This document shows, one piece after another, positions 49,308 through 63,798 of a DNA stretch of 64,000 bases (position 1 is the first letter of the stretch; each line of letters opens with the position of its first letter). The position numbers were made by a program, and so were the translations under genes. The notes beneath the pieces are model-generated. The model made no database searches. It was not told the DNA's origin and saw nothing but the letters and a program-made list of their open reading frames with translations. The stretch is taken from assembly GCF_009914755.1 (NCBI RefSeq), contig NC_060942.1. One strand, written 5' to 3'. The stretch is from the human T2T-CHM13v2.0 reference genome, Homo sapiens.

Positions 49308-49639
49308 AGCTGGGTGCTGTGGCTCATGCCTGTAATCCCACCACTTTGTGAGGCCGAGGCAGGTGGATCATTTGAGGTCATGAGTTCGAGACCAGCCTGG
49401 CCAACACAGTGAAACCCCATCTCTACTAAAAGTACAAATTTAGCTGGACGTAGTGGTGTGCACCTGCAATCCCAGCTACTTAGGAGGCTGAGGCAGGAGA
49501 ATCACTTGAACTCTGGAGGCAGAGGTTGCAGTGAGCCAAGATTATGCCACTGCACTCCAGCGTGCACAATAGAGCAAGACTCCATCTCAAAAAATAATAA
49601 TAATAATAATTAATAAATAAATAAAAAAGAAAAAAGTAA
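49308..49639 (+). mobile_element. AluS (Sx/Sz-like) with (TAA)n tail
   Basis: Full dimer; second of a tandem pair. Confidence 0.95.
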
Positions 49640-50128
49640 AATAACCATTTTAGACTCACTTTTAGCAAACTGGAAGACACAAGCGATTCAGCTAAAAACA
49701 GTTATCCAAGTAGCCCAGTAAATGATACCAAAAAGTCAGGATTCTGTAAGAATCCACACACAGACACACATGTGCACATATACACACGTTTTATAAATAT
49801 ATATATGATGTTACACATATATGTGTGTTTATGTATAAAACAGCAAGAATTACAAAAGTGAAAAGTAGAAAATAGTAAGAAAAACAGCAACAGTAACAAT
49901 TACAAAACAACAGTATATCTGTATATGTGACCTCCCGATGAATTTGTACTATACATTGTCATTTTAGAAATATGGGGAAAAATCAATGGTTCTTGGATTA
50001 AAAAGCAATTAAATAAGAAAAACTTTGTGCATTTCTTATTCTTTATGTGGTAATATTCCTTTCATATTAAATAAAACGATCAAACCAAAATTTTTAAAAA
50101 TATGGAAGTTGTAGCCTAAGGTAGTTAA

Positions 50129-50636
50129 CCATTTTCCTGTTGAGAAAAATAAAGATGCAGCATGCTGTCAGCACTCATTTAATTTTACATAAACACATTC
50201 TTTGAGGCTGAAGTAAATCTGACTGATTTTCAACATGAAAATAAAATATAAAAACTGTTCTTGGAGTTATTTCTAATCAAAACTGACATCAGAATCATCT
50301 GAATCATCAGAATCATCTACTTTGAAAAAAAATCTGATTTTTCAAACAAATCTTCTGCCAACAAGTGTTAGAGAAATATGTTAACGTCATGGGTGGGATT
50401 GCTACGTTTACTAGGATTTGACATTTTCAGCAATTGAAAATTACTACATTTTGTAAAAGGACATATCACTACTAAAAACAGAATGCTAGAAATAGAATGA
50501 TGTCTTTTGTTTCCAATGTCAATATACTAGAGTGATATGAAAATAACAATAAAAGTGAGATATTTTGTGGCAAAATTATCTCAGGTGCAGCTGCAATCAT
50601 TGCTTGCAAATATTCTTGGGGCAAACGGGGAAAAGA
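50129..50636 (-). mobile_element. MER75 non-autonomous piggyBac element, full length
   Basis: TTAA at 50125-50128 and 50637-50640; terminal inverted repeats ccattttcctgtt / aacggggaaaaga; ~508 bp. Confidence 0.85.
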
Positions 50637-50739
50637 TTAAGAAAATAACAAGAATACATTTATCTTTTTAGTGAATAGGTTCAACTGGATATAGTCTAAT
50701 TATATGTCATGGCATTAAGCAAAATTGAAGATTTATAAC

Positions 50740-52570
50740 TGAGCTACCACCACTTTTGAAATTTTTACAGAATAGTAGGTATGCACATAGACTGGAAGTA
50801 AAGTAATATCCCAATTGTTAGAGGGGAGAAAGAAAATATTCTTGAAAATATAGGCTGATGCCAAATTATGGAAAATTTCTAGAACTTATCAAATGGGTAG
50901 TGTGAGAATATTTTGATGAGTTGTACTAGCTAATGATAACTATTATATTGTATTAATAATTTAATCCATATTCCTCTGCTATTCATAGAAAATGCTGAAA
51001 CACTTAGACATAAAAATATTGAAAAAGAATTATATTTCATTTGGAAAAACATTTATATTTGGTGGACAAGTCTGACAAGAGGATGAAAAATGGGTTAAAT
51101 AAAAGTAATAATATTAAAACTTCAAGGCTTAATTGGCTAAATGAGTGCTGATTAAAGGTTTTATGTAATCTGTAGATATTGATGGTTTTCACATTTTTAC
51201 TTCAGCTTTAGAAACTGGGAAGAAAGTGCTAAGAAGCACCATGGAAGTTCCCGATTTGTCTCTTTACAGGGGAAGAAATTTCCCTGGGAAAGAACAAAAT
51301 GGGGTGACCCGGTTAAATTCCTTGGAAACTTGCTCTTGACCAAACTGACAAATGCACTAAAAACTATTTACCATTTACTGAAAAGTATTTATTAACAAAC
51401 TATTCACTAACTTCAATTTTACAAATTGTAACATGTAGTTACACTGGAATTGCTATGTGGTTAAAATTTAAACGTTCTAACATATCTCCTGGAGCATAGA
51501 AAACTAATTCTTATAGCAAGTGTCCAGTTGGAATCTCAGAACGTTCTGTCTTTGACCAAGTCTTGTTTTGTATTTTCATCGCAACCTACAGAATGAATTT
51601 ATAGAAAGCTTTACGTAGGATTTGTAAAATTTGTGTGAGGTCTTGAAGTGCATGGACTGATGAAGCCTGGCAGTCTGGAAAATGTAGGTAAATTATTTGA
51701 TCTTCCAAGTATAAAACCGAGCTGTTTAATTATCCAAATCTGTATTTTGTGTGTCAGTGATGTGACTGCTCGTATTACTTAAGGACCTTGAAAAACACCC
51801 TAGGCTACTGCCCTCTGTGGGGAGGATGGCTCTGTGGATGTGCACTGGAAGTCCCAGACCCATTTTGTAATTACTTGTGTCCTTGAAATTGTGAAAAATC
51901 TGGATATTGAGTAAGATATTTGACTGATGTGACTTTTAACAGATAGATCCTTTTCAACACATTAAAGCTTTAATTAATAAAGAGATTATATATATATAAT
52001 TTATTTATGTATTATATATGTTGAAAGTAGAACTAATTGATTAGTGAAGGGGTGATTTATAGAGATGTCTCCCTTCTAGGTCTTCCAGTCACAGCCTGTC
52101 TATTTCCACCTGAGATGAATCTCAATGGAACAAATAATAAACTATTTGTGTTCTAGAAACATCTTAATCTTTGTAGTAGAGAAGATCTGAATTTGAATCC
52201 CTAGTCTAACGCTTACTGAGATTTCTTTAAAAATTTGCTTAAATTCTGTGAACTTCAATTTTCCTATTTGTAACATGTAGCTACACTGGAGTTGCTATGT
52301 GGTTAAAATGTATAGATTTCTAATATTCTTGGAATAAAGGAAACTACTTCTTGTAACAAGTGTCCAGTTGGAACTCCAGAGGGTTCTGTCCTTGACCAAG
52401 TCTTGTTTTGTATTTTCATCATCACTTACAGGATCATCAGAATTTTAGAACCTCGAATGTCAACATTTGGCATTATCAAAATTTTACCTTACAAAGCTGG
52501 AATGAAAGACTAATGCAATAGATGATAGGTAGAATCAAGATTTGGGAAAGAAAGCTTGGAAAGACATCAT
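50740..52570 (+). mobile_element. Fragmented L3/CR1 RT relic with an inserted MIR (about 52175-52280)
   Basis: ggaactccagagggttctgtccttgaccaagtcttgttttgtattttcatc encodes GTPEGSVLDQVLFCIFI, resembling CR1 GVPQGSVLGPVLFNIFI; gactggaag...aatataggc resembles DWR..NYRP. Confidence 0.55.
51409..52431 (+). repeat. Diverged ~180-bp direct duplication (51409-51591 and 52251-52431)
   Basis: Shared blocks aacttcaatttt, ttgctatgtggttaaaat, caagtgtccagttggaa, ttgaccaagtcttgttttgtattttcatc. Confidence 0.9.
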
Positions 52571-54255
52571 TTAGAACATGAAATTATAGCCTCTGTTGAA
52601 ATCTCTGAATTTGAGAGTTTTAATGAATCTTAAAGATTATTTATTCTAAAATATCCTCTTCTTCTGATAAGGGATAGCAATGCAGAGAGGAAACGCTGAT
52701 TGGAATTCAATACGAATTATAACATGGCACATTTACTTCTATACTTATGCTAAAGGGCCTGGAGTACTCAAGCAAAATTATATAAGATAATTTTGTTGGG
52801 TGGCTGGTAAGCACTGTATTATATCAATTTTTAATACGATATAGAAAGTAGTGGCTGGAAAATCCTATCTAAAAAAGCATATCTCTCTCCCCATTTTCTC
52901 TATTGAGGTGAAACCAATAATTCAAATTGTAAAGATTTACTCCAATTTTAAAAAAAGATGATTGCAATAATGTTTTACTTAAATGTAAACCCACTAGAAG
53001 GCTAACACATTAAGCTGTCAACTGTTAACATTGACAGACATATTGTCAATGATTACAAGCTCTAAGCACAGTTAAGAATAAGGAGCTTCAAAAATGGAAT
53101 ATATGCCCAGTGAATTTTGATCAGGAACACAGATGAAATAATTTTAGATCAAATAGTCATAGATCATCCTGCTCAGGCCAGTTTATAGAGAAGTTTGTTA
53201 AGAGTTCAATTAATTTGCTTTTCTTTCCTCTATTACGGCTGGAGAAAAATATAAGTCAGGGGTAGTTTTAAAATTGTAATATGTCCTTCCTACCTTTGTA
53301 TGTATACCAGCATAAATATTTGTTGTCATATAAATACGTGTAGCTGTCATCACTGAGATGGAAAATAGAAAACCCCAGAACTTGAAGAATTCCAGAATTC
53401 TAAGAAAAAAGGAGAAGCTCTGTCCATGACTTTTCTCCCATAGGTACCAATGTTTATCTTGACATCTTCCTCATTACCACTTCCAAAAGCAATTGGACAT
53501 AATTATCCAAATATAGTTGCCAGATTAGTTTTCATCTTCCCATCTCCAAATTCTATAGCAAGCCCTGTGGACTCAATCATTTTGGACATATTCTTTGGCC
53601 ATTTTTATAAAGTTCTATTTTAAACAGTTTCTTTGGGTGTTTGCACAGACAGCTGAGATGAGTGGGAGGTGCCTGACTGTTGCAGTATGGATTTTGTTTC
53701 ACAAAGTGAGAAAACTAAGGAACACCACCTTGAGAAGATGCCATTTTGAAACACCTTAGATGGATGTTCTATTTTTTCCAAATAGCAGTAGCACAAAAGA
53801 TTTTCTTACAATCTCAGGCTATGCCTAGGCCAGGTCTGAGGACATCTTAGTTTTCCCTATAGAGACAAGTAAATTATATAATGATCAACTGATTATTTCA
53901 TGGTAATCTTGTTAATGTTTCTCCAGTTTCAAATCTGTGAAGTGGTCTTCAAGTCAGAAACTACCAGAGAACTGTCATCCCTTCTAAGGGCTAGCAACTC
54001 TATCAGCTTCCTTTCTCTCTCTTTTAAAATTCAGAGTAACATATTCATTTCCTAGATTGCAGGAATGTGCTTCTCAATGGCCAAAGCTTTAATTATCTTT
54101 TTTGTGTGTGTTTCTCTAGCATCGAGTATACTTCATTAGTCCAAGCCTAGAAAGAAACTCAGGCCTGTCACTCAATTCTAAAATGAATGGATTTTATTTA
54201 TTTATTCAACATACTTCTGTCTCAAACAAAATACTTCTCTTTACATTTTGTATCA

Positions 54256-54664
<409 letters not shown>

Positions 54665-56374
54665 TCAGAATAAAATATTTTCATAATGTCAAATTCATTT
54701 ATTTAAAATAACTCCTGCAAAAATGATAGGACTCTAACTAATAGAAAGTGAACGGTTTTAGGACTGGTGGTCCACGAGTAAAGGATGACAATTTATGGTG
54801 AGTGTAATCTTGTTTTCTGAAGATCATGTTTATATTACATACTTTATAGTCACTCCTTTCACCCTGCAGCCACTTAGCAAATATAAGCTGGAACATGAAC
54901 TTCTAAGACTGCAATCAATCCAGCTAGTAATTTCCTTGTCAAGCCTGCTTTTCTACTAGTGGGTAGAGGGGGTTAAGTAGGGATCACAGCTAAAATAATT
55001 TCACTTGTATGCAGAAGATATTATTGGCTATCACGGGTCCAAGGTAAGGAAAAAAATGATGATACTTCTCAAAGCATTCATTGAATAACCACTATTGATG
55101 AGGCATTTTAAATAAAATATAGCACATATATTTGAAAAAAATGTCGAAACTCAGAAAATTAATTTTTAACAATATAGTGCGGTTAGTATATGTCTATTTC
55201 ACTCTTACAAATTTATTTTTATGTCCAGCATATAACTATTATAATGTTTATGAAATTTCATTGAAAGAGAAGATTTTATCTGCCCCGGTAAATAGACTGT
55301 ACAACTGAAAACACTGACATGTAAAGTGCCTTGTAATTTCATTTTATTTGGGCTGTTAATAAATCTCATCCAGACAAAATACTTTTATATTCTGTAAAGA
55401 CACAGGTAAAGCAAATTGGGGGAAGGCTAAGCTATTGAGAGCTTTTTATCTAGTATAAAATATGTTGAAACCTACATTTGCTCTGTACGTATAAGAGTGA
55501 ATCATCATTTTTAGGAGAGAAATAATAAATTGCTGCAGATTTTATTAGCACTTGAACTGCTAAACAAAAGACGGAACACATTATGGTATATTTCTTACGT
55601 TTGATGTAAATAAAAAGCCACCTTAATATGCATCTTTAAGCATATGTATTTACAGATGTAACTGAGAAAAGTAAGCATACATTACAGAGGTAAAAAAAAG
55701 TGAGTGAGGGCAGTTTATCCTTCAAAGCCATGTGGAGCTTTCCTCAGTGAAGTGCATATAGCACGTGATTTAGCAGGTCCTCTCTGGCGGCCTCCTAGCT
55801 TTCTTTAGTCTTTATTACAGAGTTCCCTTCAAGACATGTGTCTCTCTTTTGGTCCAATTTCAGACTCCACACAGGCACCCCACTACAGCTGGCACATCTG
55901 CACTAATGTCAAATGCAATTCCCTTACAGATGAGCCACTTTCTTCTTTTCTGTCCCTTCTGGAATTATCCTCATAATTCTGCATTCCTCCTTCCTCACCA
56001 AAAAGTATCCCAGAATGTACATATTTCTCAATCAAGGGATTACCAAGTCTCTAAATTAAAAACTTCTCTTGGGTTTGCTTCTGTTCTCTAAATGAACCTC
56101 TCCCAGGGCTTCTTGGAGATTACTCTCCCTCAAAACTACTGTTTCTTGAAGTGCTTGATTCTCAAATCTAGGACATCACTACATAATTTTTTTCTTCCTT
56201 AGAATACGATCTAGTATGAGTTTTTAAATCCCCTAAGATAGTTTGTATTATAGTAAATGACCAATATAAAAAATGAACAAAATAAATGAAATAATTTTCT
56301 TTTAACAAAACAAACTAACCTTTGAAACACCTCTGTTTAAACTGAGTATTCTTTATAACACAAGATGCTTTGTT

Positions 56375-56644
56375 TCCAGCTTCATCCATGTCCCTACAAA
56401 GGACATGAACTCATCATTTTTTTTATGGCTGCATAGGATTCCATGGTGTATATGTGCCACATTTTCTTAATCCAGTCTATCATTGTTGGACATTTGGGTT
56501 GATTCCAAGTCTTTGCTATTGTGAATAATGCTAAATGACGAGTTAATGGGTGCAGCACACCAACATGGCACATGTATACATATGTAACAAACCTGCCCAT
56601 TGTGCACATGTACCCTAAAGCTTAAAGTATCATAATAAAGAAAA
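56375..56644 (+). mobile_element. Short 5'-inverted L1PA (about PA4)
   Basis: 13-bp TSD aagatgctttgtt (56362-56374, 56645-56657); antisense ORF2 end joined to sense 3'UTR at taatgc 56526-56531. Confidence 0.92.
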
Positions 56645-56657
56645 AAGATGCTTTGTT

Positions 56658-57120
56658 ATCTCTGGCTGTGTAACAAACATCACCAAAAATTAGTAGCTTT
56701 AAATGACAACAATGTATTATATATCATAACTCTGCAGATTGGACAGATATGTCCTCTGCTTCAGATGGTGTTAGCTACAGCATTACCATGGCAAAAAGGA
56801 CCAGGATCACCTTGTCAGATGACTAAAAGTTGGTGCTGGCTGCTGGTTGCTCACTGGGAATTCCACTGGGACCTCTCCATTTGGCTGCTTGGACTTCCAA
56901 CAAGGAGGCTGGATTCTAAGAAGGAGCTTTCCGGGAAGGACGTGCATTCTGTCAATCATCCTAAGGCTTGGGCTCAGGAAACTTTCAAATGATTCTATTT
57001 GTCAGAGCAGTAAAAGGGCCAGCACATATGCAAGGGTCGGGACCAGCAGAGAGGAAGCGAAGGACAGAAACCATGTTTGGAGAGTGACTATCACGGCATT
57101 GGGGAAAACAATCTCCCACA
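56658..57120 (-). mobile_element. Old MLT1 (G/H/J-like) LTR
   Basis: ctggctgtgtaacaaacatcaccaaaaattagtagcttt...gttggtgctggctg. Confidence 0.55.
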
Positions 57121-57697
57121 GGACTCCTAAGATTTTACCCTTCAGGTACATGTCTAAATTATGCCATAACTTCTTTCAGAGTCTAAAATAGACTTTCTTC
57201 CCGAGGACTCTGACTCACAATGATGTGGTTAATTTCTCTCATACCTGACAAACCAACGCCTCTCCTTTGGGTTTCCATAAGTAAAACCTACCCAAGAAAC
57301 ACATTTCCCTGGGATACTAAAATATTATTCTGCTACAAAGTACAAAGCCGATAGAGCATGCACTGATTATCTTGTCACCAGAATACCTCATTATGTCTTT
57401 CTTGTAATGAGGGCCTTATTTGTGAGATTCTTGAGCTATGAAATACATTCTAATTAATTTTGGAATATTAATTGATTTTAAATATTCTAAATTTATAAAC
57501 CAAGAAGAATACATATTCTTTATTTGGCATAATCAATTTCATGTTGTGAATGTTGGCTGACCATGGCTATAAATATGGCACCATACAAAATTAAAATGAC
57601 AATACAGATACTGAAAAACTCAGTTTTATACCAAATGAGGTTTTAATTAGAATCTGAACTTTCAAAGATTAAAAACATATATACATACATGTAGTAA

Positions 57698-58019
<322 letters not shown>

Positions 58020-59324
58020 ACTCTAGAACAATTTCTATTAAAAGTGACTTAAAGTAATCACCCATGCTTACTTAGCAATATCAGACTAAATGGCCAGCCT
58101 ATTTATCTATCATCTCATCATCTTTCTATGTGTGTCATACCTGATGACGTACCACAGAGCTTCTAACTGATAAGCTTTAGTTGTTGTTAGATCCAATTTT
58201 CTCATCTTTGTGGATATTTGGACTTTTGACCAGGAACCAGTCACCACTTTTGCTCTCCAGCATCATGCTATCCACCTCCTCTTGCCGACATCCAGCCTAA
58301 TTACAACTCGAGGAAACACACACACAGGCAGAGCACATGCAGATTAACTACGGCCTCTTTAGTAGGCACTGATTCCTAAACTCGGCTAAAGGGAATGTAA
58401 GGATAAGCCTGTATAGATTTTCTTTTACCTCAGCACAAATATATACAGAGGTAGAGTGACCCATGAATAATACAGGACAACAATATGGAACAATGGATAT
58501 ATTATTTTAGTAATATATTTTAGTTCAAAGACCTTTCTTTGTAAAGTATAAAATCACACCAAAATTAAAGTGGCTTAAGTTATCAAGAAAGTCTATTCTT
58601 AAATTAGCATAAATCAATAAGGAGGTCAAAGCACTTTTCTTTGAAATAGTGAATCTTTAAACACTGTTACTTCCCCAAGGTAACTGGAGTCTAGTAGCCA
58701 CCTTGTCTCTCATCAGAACCACCATATTTAACCTTACTTATCTTTAACAAAAATTATTACTGAAAAATTTAAAAATCAGATATTAAACTTTATGGTTTAT
58801 AGTTTAACTTTGTAGGTTATCTGCACAAACTACACATAGCAAACCTCAAATTTGAACAGGAAATAAAATATTTTTCAATGTTTGAGCTCTCTACACCTTT
58901 TTTCCTTTAGTTGATTTTACAAATGTCTTCTTGAAGTCACTCTTCCATCTCTTCAGAGTGGATTATTACAAGAAATTCAGTACCAATTCAGCTAAATGTG
59001 TAGGCCTTGATTTATGCGTACAAAGTAAAAACATTATCTGAAATCTAAATTAACGGACAGATATCTCCATTATAAAATTCAACCGATTTAAAAAGTATTA
59101 ACAAACACATCCGATAGTTACATTCTGTGATTTAAAAAATGTAAATAGCATCTGGCTGTACTAGTTTTCCTTGAGAAACTCATTAGTAACCAAAATGGGA
59201 CAGTGTTCAAAGAGCAATTGCCTGGGTAGGAACTAATACACACGGTATTCATGAAACGACATTGGCCGAAATATGCTGGGAGAAACATGTTGCTTTGTAA
59301 AACTCATTTCAAGGACAAACTTAC

Positions 59325-59539
59325 AGCCTCTTCATCACGGTCTAATTTCCCCACCTCAAGCTTCTATCACAAGGAATGTCCTTCTGAAAGCAAGATCTGT
59401 AGCAGCACCTATGTATTTGTGATGTGGATGAAGACGCATGCTCTGCCACAGTAGGCGACAACATCCTGAGCCAGTCCTGGTGAAGCGACCGTCATCAGCA
59501 ACAGCATGCAATCATGTCTCTCTTCATTTCTGATGGTGT
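59325..59539 (-). other. Candidate 215-nt non-coding exon
   Basis: Minus-strand acceptor ttttattctgtcattttgacacAG and donor gct/GTAAGT bracket a GC- and CpG-richer block. Confidence 0.3.
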
Positions 59540-60404
59540 CTGTGTCAAAATGACAGAATAAAATGCTGCAATCTATTTACTTAGTCTGACCATCCAGGCT
59601 TATATTTATGGCAGACATTGTGCACAATATTCAAACAAATTAACATCCTATTGAAAAAAATGTGAGAACTCTGCACCATGGTAAGAAATAATGGGGACTC
59701 AATATATGTACACTGCTCTCAGTCTTTCCCTCTTTAAGTGACTGAGAAACAGAATTCAGGTGAATATGTAAATTCTAAGTATCTTTTTTGAGATAATTAT
59801 AATTACAGATGGAATATCCACATCTTCAGAATGGGAAACAAGCAAATTCATATTTGTTTTTAATATTCAAATTAATGTTTCATCCTCTGTATGCCAGAGT
59901 AAGCAGGAATTCATACTTTCTTAATCATTCGGTCTTGTCTAACTCTTATATTGAATTGTCCAGAAAATTGGGGACTTGCACAGCCCCAGGGACAAGCCAC
60001 AGTTTAAAGTCACAGTTTTCCTAACATATGCTTCCAGGGACTCCACTCTGTGACACAGCTTCACCGTGATAAACATCAGACACCAACAACTGGGTTTTGC
60101 CTGCAGCCTCTAGTAATGATCTACAGTGTTTCTGCCGGAAGTTGTGAAGGAAGTAGAGGCGTCTCTGTCACCAATCTTGGGCTGGGCTTGGTTGCTCTCT
60201 GCCCAGGCATTGAGCTTCTCCATGTTGCAGCAGTTTATGTGCAAGTGCTAGCACCTGTCTCTGAACACACGACCATGGTTCCTAGAGAGAGGATACTCTC
60301 TTTCACCACTCCTTGTGGGTATGAGGGTTCCCATTGTGGGTCTGGTGTTTAATCCTTGCATGTGGAAAAATCCACAAGAAAACTCACCACCCTAGAATGG
60401 CTGG

Positions 60405-60756
60405 TATCTTAATCCCTTCGAGCTGCTGTAACAAAACACCAAAAACTATGTGACTTATAAATAACGTGAATTATTTTTCACAGTTTTGGAGGCTAGGACA
60501 TGCAAGATCAAGGTACCAGCAGATTCAGGGGCTGGTGAGGGCCCATTTCCCAGTTCATGGGTGATCATCTTTCCCTGTGTTCACACAGGGTGGAACAGGC
60601 AAGGGTCCCCTTTATAAGAAGCACTAACCCCATTCATGAGGGCGCCACTCTCGTGACCTAATCACCTCCCAAAGGCCCCCTGCCTAGGATCATCACCTGT
60701 TGAGGTGGGACTTCAATATGTGAATTTGATGAAACATAAACATTCAGACCGTGGCA
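60405..60756 (-). mobile_element. MLT1A/MSTD-type solo LTR
   Basis: Perfect 5-bp TSD gctgg (60400-60404, 60757-60761); cctaatcacctcccaaaggcccc motif. Confidence 0.85.
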
Positions 60757-63630
60757 GCTGGATTGGTAAAGAAGAGCTCATGTCCACATGCCCCCATGTC
60801 TCCCAGAAATGTTTGAACTCTACATCAAGCACTACATAAGACACAGCCCAAGCGAAGTCTCAACAGAAAATTGTCCCGCCACAAAATCACCCTTGAAAAC
60901 AGTCACTACTTTCCCTCCATGTACACAACTGAAGGAGGCACTTCAGCATTCTTGCTTAGGAAAGAATAAGGAGAATCTGATTTAAATCTGGCAGCTTCTC
61001 CTATGCTAAGGAGAAGTTAGCAACTTTCAAATAAAAACCACACAAAGTTAAACTAGAAGCGCCTGACCAGAATTTGTAGCGTATAAATAACATGAGAATT
61101 TATATTTTATTCACTGAGCTTTATTTTACATCATTCACATTTTTATCAGCTTTTGTGTTTCCAGTCCCAAACTCATGCCTTTGAATTCAATATTTCCTTA
61201 AATAAATTTACACTTTCAGCATTCATTGTTTGGGGAAAACTGAATCTAAATTCCACTGTCTTTTACAACTAGCAGTTTGTGGATATTAATATTTTGTTCA
61301 ATTTGAACTGAGATTAACATTTTTATACCTAAAGAAATGATTTCCATTAATAAAAACACAGTGACAAATCCCTGCTTATATAGATATTCTCACATGTACA
61401 GAAGACACACACTGTTCTATTCAGGCTGGGCTGCTCAAAAGATGGGCTATATATAAAAATCCATATATAACCAGGCAGTGTTCACATTTAATAAAACTGG
61501 ATATGTGGCAACAAGCAAATCAAACAGGTTATTTGAGTTTTTGCATTTTTGTTTGGCTGAAACATCCTTGGAATGCACTGATTTGTAGTTTTATTGTCTT
61601 TTAAATTCCAGATATGAAGCAAGACTTAAGTTTTAAACATTAGTAATATACAACAAATAAGCCATGCAACATATTTCCTGATAGATTCAATAGGAATGGT
61701 GTTTGGACAAAAAGGAAGATATTTGAAAATGGGTAATATTTTGTCACAATACCTCATGTTCAATTTGTGTGTGAAAAATTATTTTCTGCATAGTCAAACA
61801 TGCATTCCACTTTACAGCATGAAGGCATACCTACATTGATATCTTGATTTCATTCAAAGAGTAAATATTTGTCATGTCTATTTAAAATATTGCTACCTTC
61901 CTACATAAACCAGAAAATCAAGATAAAATTCATTTGAAGGTGAAAGGGAAATAGCTGAAATGCCAAAAGGATACTTAGCTCTCAGAGTTGACATGGTTAT
62001 AATGACAATTATTATAAATCAAAAATTTCCCTTTAATAAGGCTATTAGAAATATGGAAACAAATGAAAATTTAAGATTCATGATGCAATCTATGATTAAT
62101 TCTATATTTTTCACTTCTTGAATATGCCACACATGTGACTAGATATTTCTAAATATTTAGACATGAATTTTGACTTTAATTTTTTACCAGAAACACGAAA
62201 AATGAAATCACTTTTGTGATGTTTCCAAAGCAAAGGATTATGATTAATTACATATTGATATTTTCTTTTAAATATATTTATTTAAATGTCACTTAAAACA
62301 TTTATAAGATTATCGTTGAATAATCAAAATTTTGTTTATTTGAATGAATAGAAAATCCATCTTTATACTGAGACTACACTGAGAAAAAATCTGAAAAAAA
62401 AAGAGACGGTAATTCTAATATTTTAACACACAATTTTAATGTTGCAAAATAATTGCTGATTTGCGACGTGGTTTTCTGTTTCTGGTTGAATATCTCAAAG
62501 TAGAACATTTTTATTGTGTTTTTCTTCAGTTCTCCAGTTTAATCACTGTTATTTTTAAAATTAGATATGGTATCTTTCATATGAAGTCTTATTGATTCAG
62601 GGCCAATTGATCTGCCTACATACCAGAAACAAAATAATAGAATTCAACAAAATTTAAAACAACAATATGAAGAATCAGTAACTTTTCTTTCTCCATCTGA
62701 TTTCAGAAAGTTTTCCTGAACTTCAGACTTTGGCATCTGTGGCACTGCAAATACCTTGCTGAGAGTGTCACTCACTGTGTCTATCACATTGTAAGCGTGG
62801 GTTACAAAAATATTTTGATGGAAGGTTTGTGATTATATCACAGCCAAAATGTGAGAGAGAAGTAAGGTATTGGGTACCAAATGTTTCAGACTTGTAGAAA
62901 TAGAGAAATGAGGCAGAATGGGGGGAGCAGGGTCTTGATGACAAAGCCTGCTTGCTGTTCAGGTCTTCTTCACCTCAGCCTGGGATGCCTGAGTATTTTG
63001 ATTATTTTGAATTTGGCATGTTTAAATAGATATACTTTTTCCACTTCATAGTTATTGCTTTATATGAATCTATGAAAAGGAGATTGTCTGTTCTGAAAAA
63101 TAATGATGTGTGAATGTGAAGTGAGATGTAGAATTTTGCCAGGATTTTAATTCAGAAGTCGTAATAAAGTATATATAGAATTTTCTGAAAATTACATTAA
63201 AAATCATTTCCTCCAAAATGGTATAAGTCTATTTGTAAAATCTATATGTATATATATATATATACATACCAAAAAATGTTTGCACTTCCTAAAACATTTT
63301 AAGGCATCATTATTGATAATTGAAGGTTAAAATAAATGAGGAAATTTCATGACATGTATCTATATCTATCTATCATCTATCTCTGTTTATAATAGGAGAT
63401 AACTACATAAAATATTTGAACTCATCAATGTTAGATATACTAGAGAAATAAAGAAATTAGAAGTAGTGCTGAGAGTGATTCTGGTGGTTCAGAAGCCACA
63501 CTGACTAGCAATACTTTATATGAAAAAATAACAAAATAATATTTTACTTTTATCCTGTTTTATGCTCTGAAGTTTCAATAAATATCACACCTAATAACTA
63601 ACATGATAATCTTCATCATTAATTAATTAA

Positions 63631-63798
<168 letters not shown>

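Noticed and set aside
50286-50320. catcagaatcatctgaatcatcagaatcatct repeats
   Set aside because: As I recall, part of the MER75 consensus
55760-55795. E-box CACGTG next to a CTCF-like GGCCGCCAGAGAGGAC (minus)
   Set aside because: Two core CTCF positions mismatch; motif-only evidence
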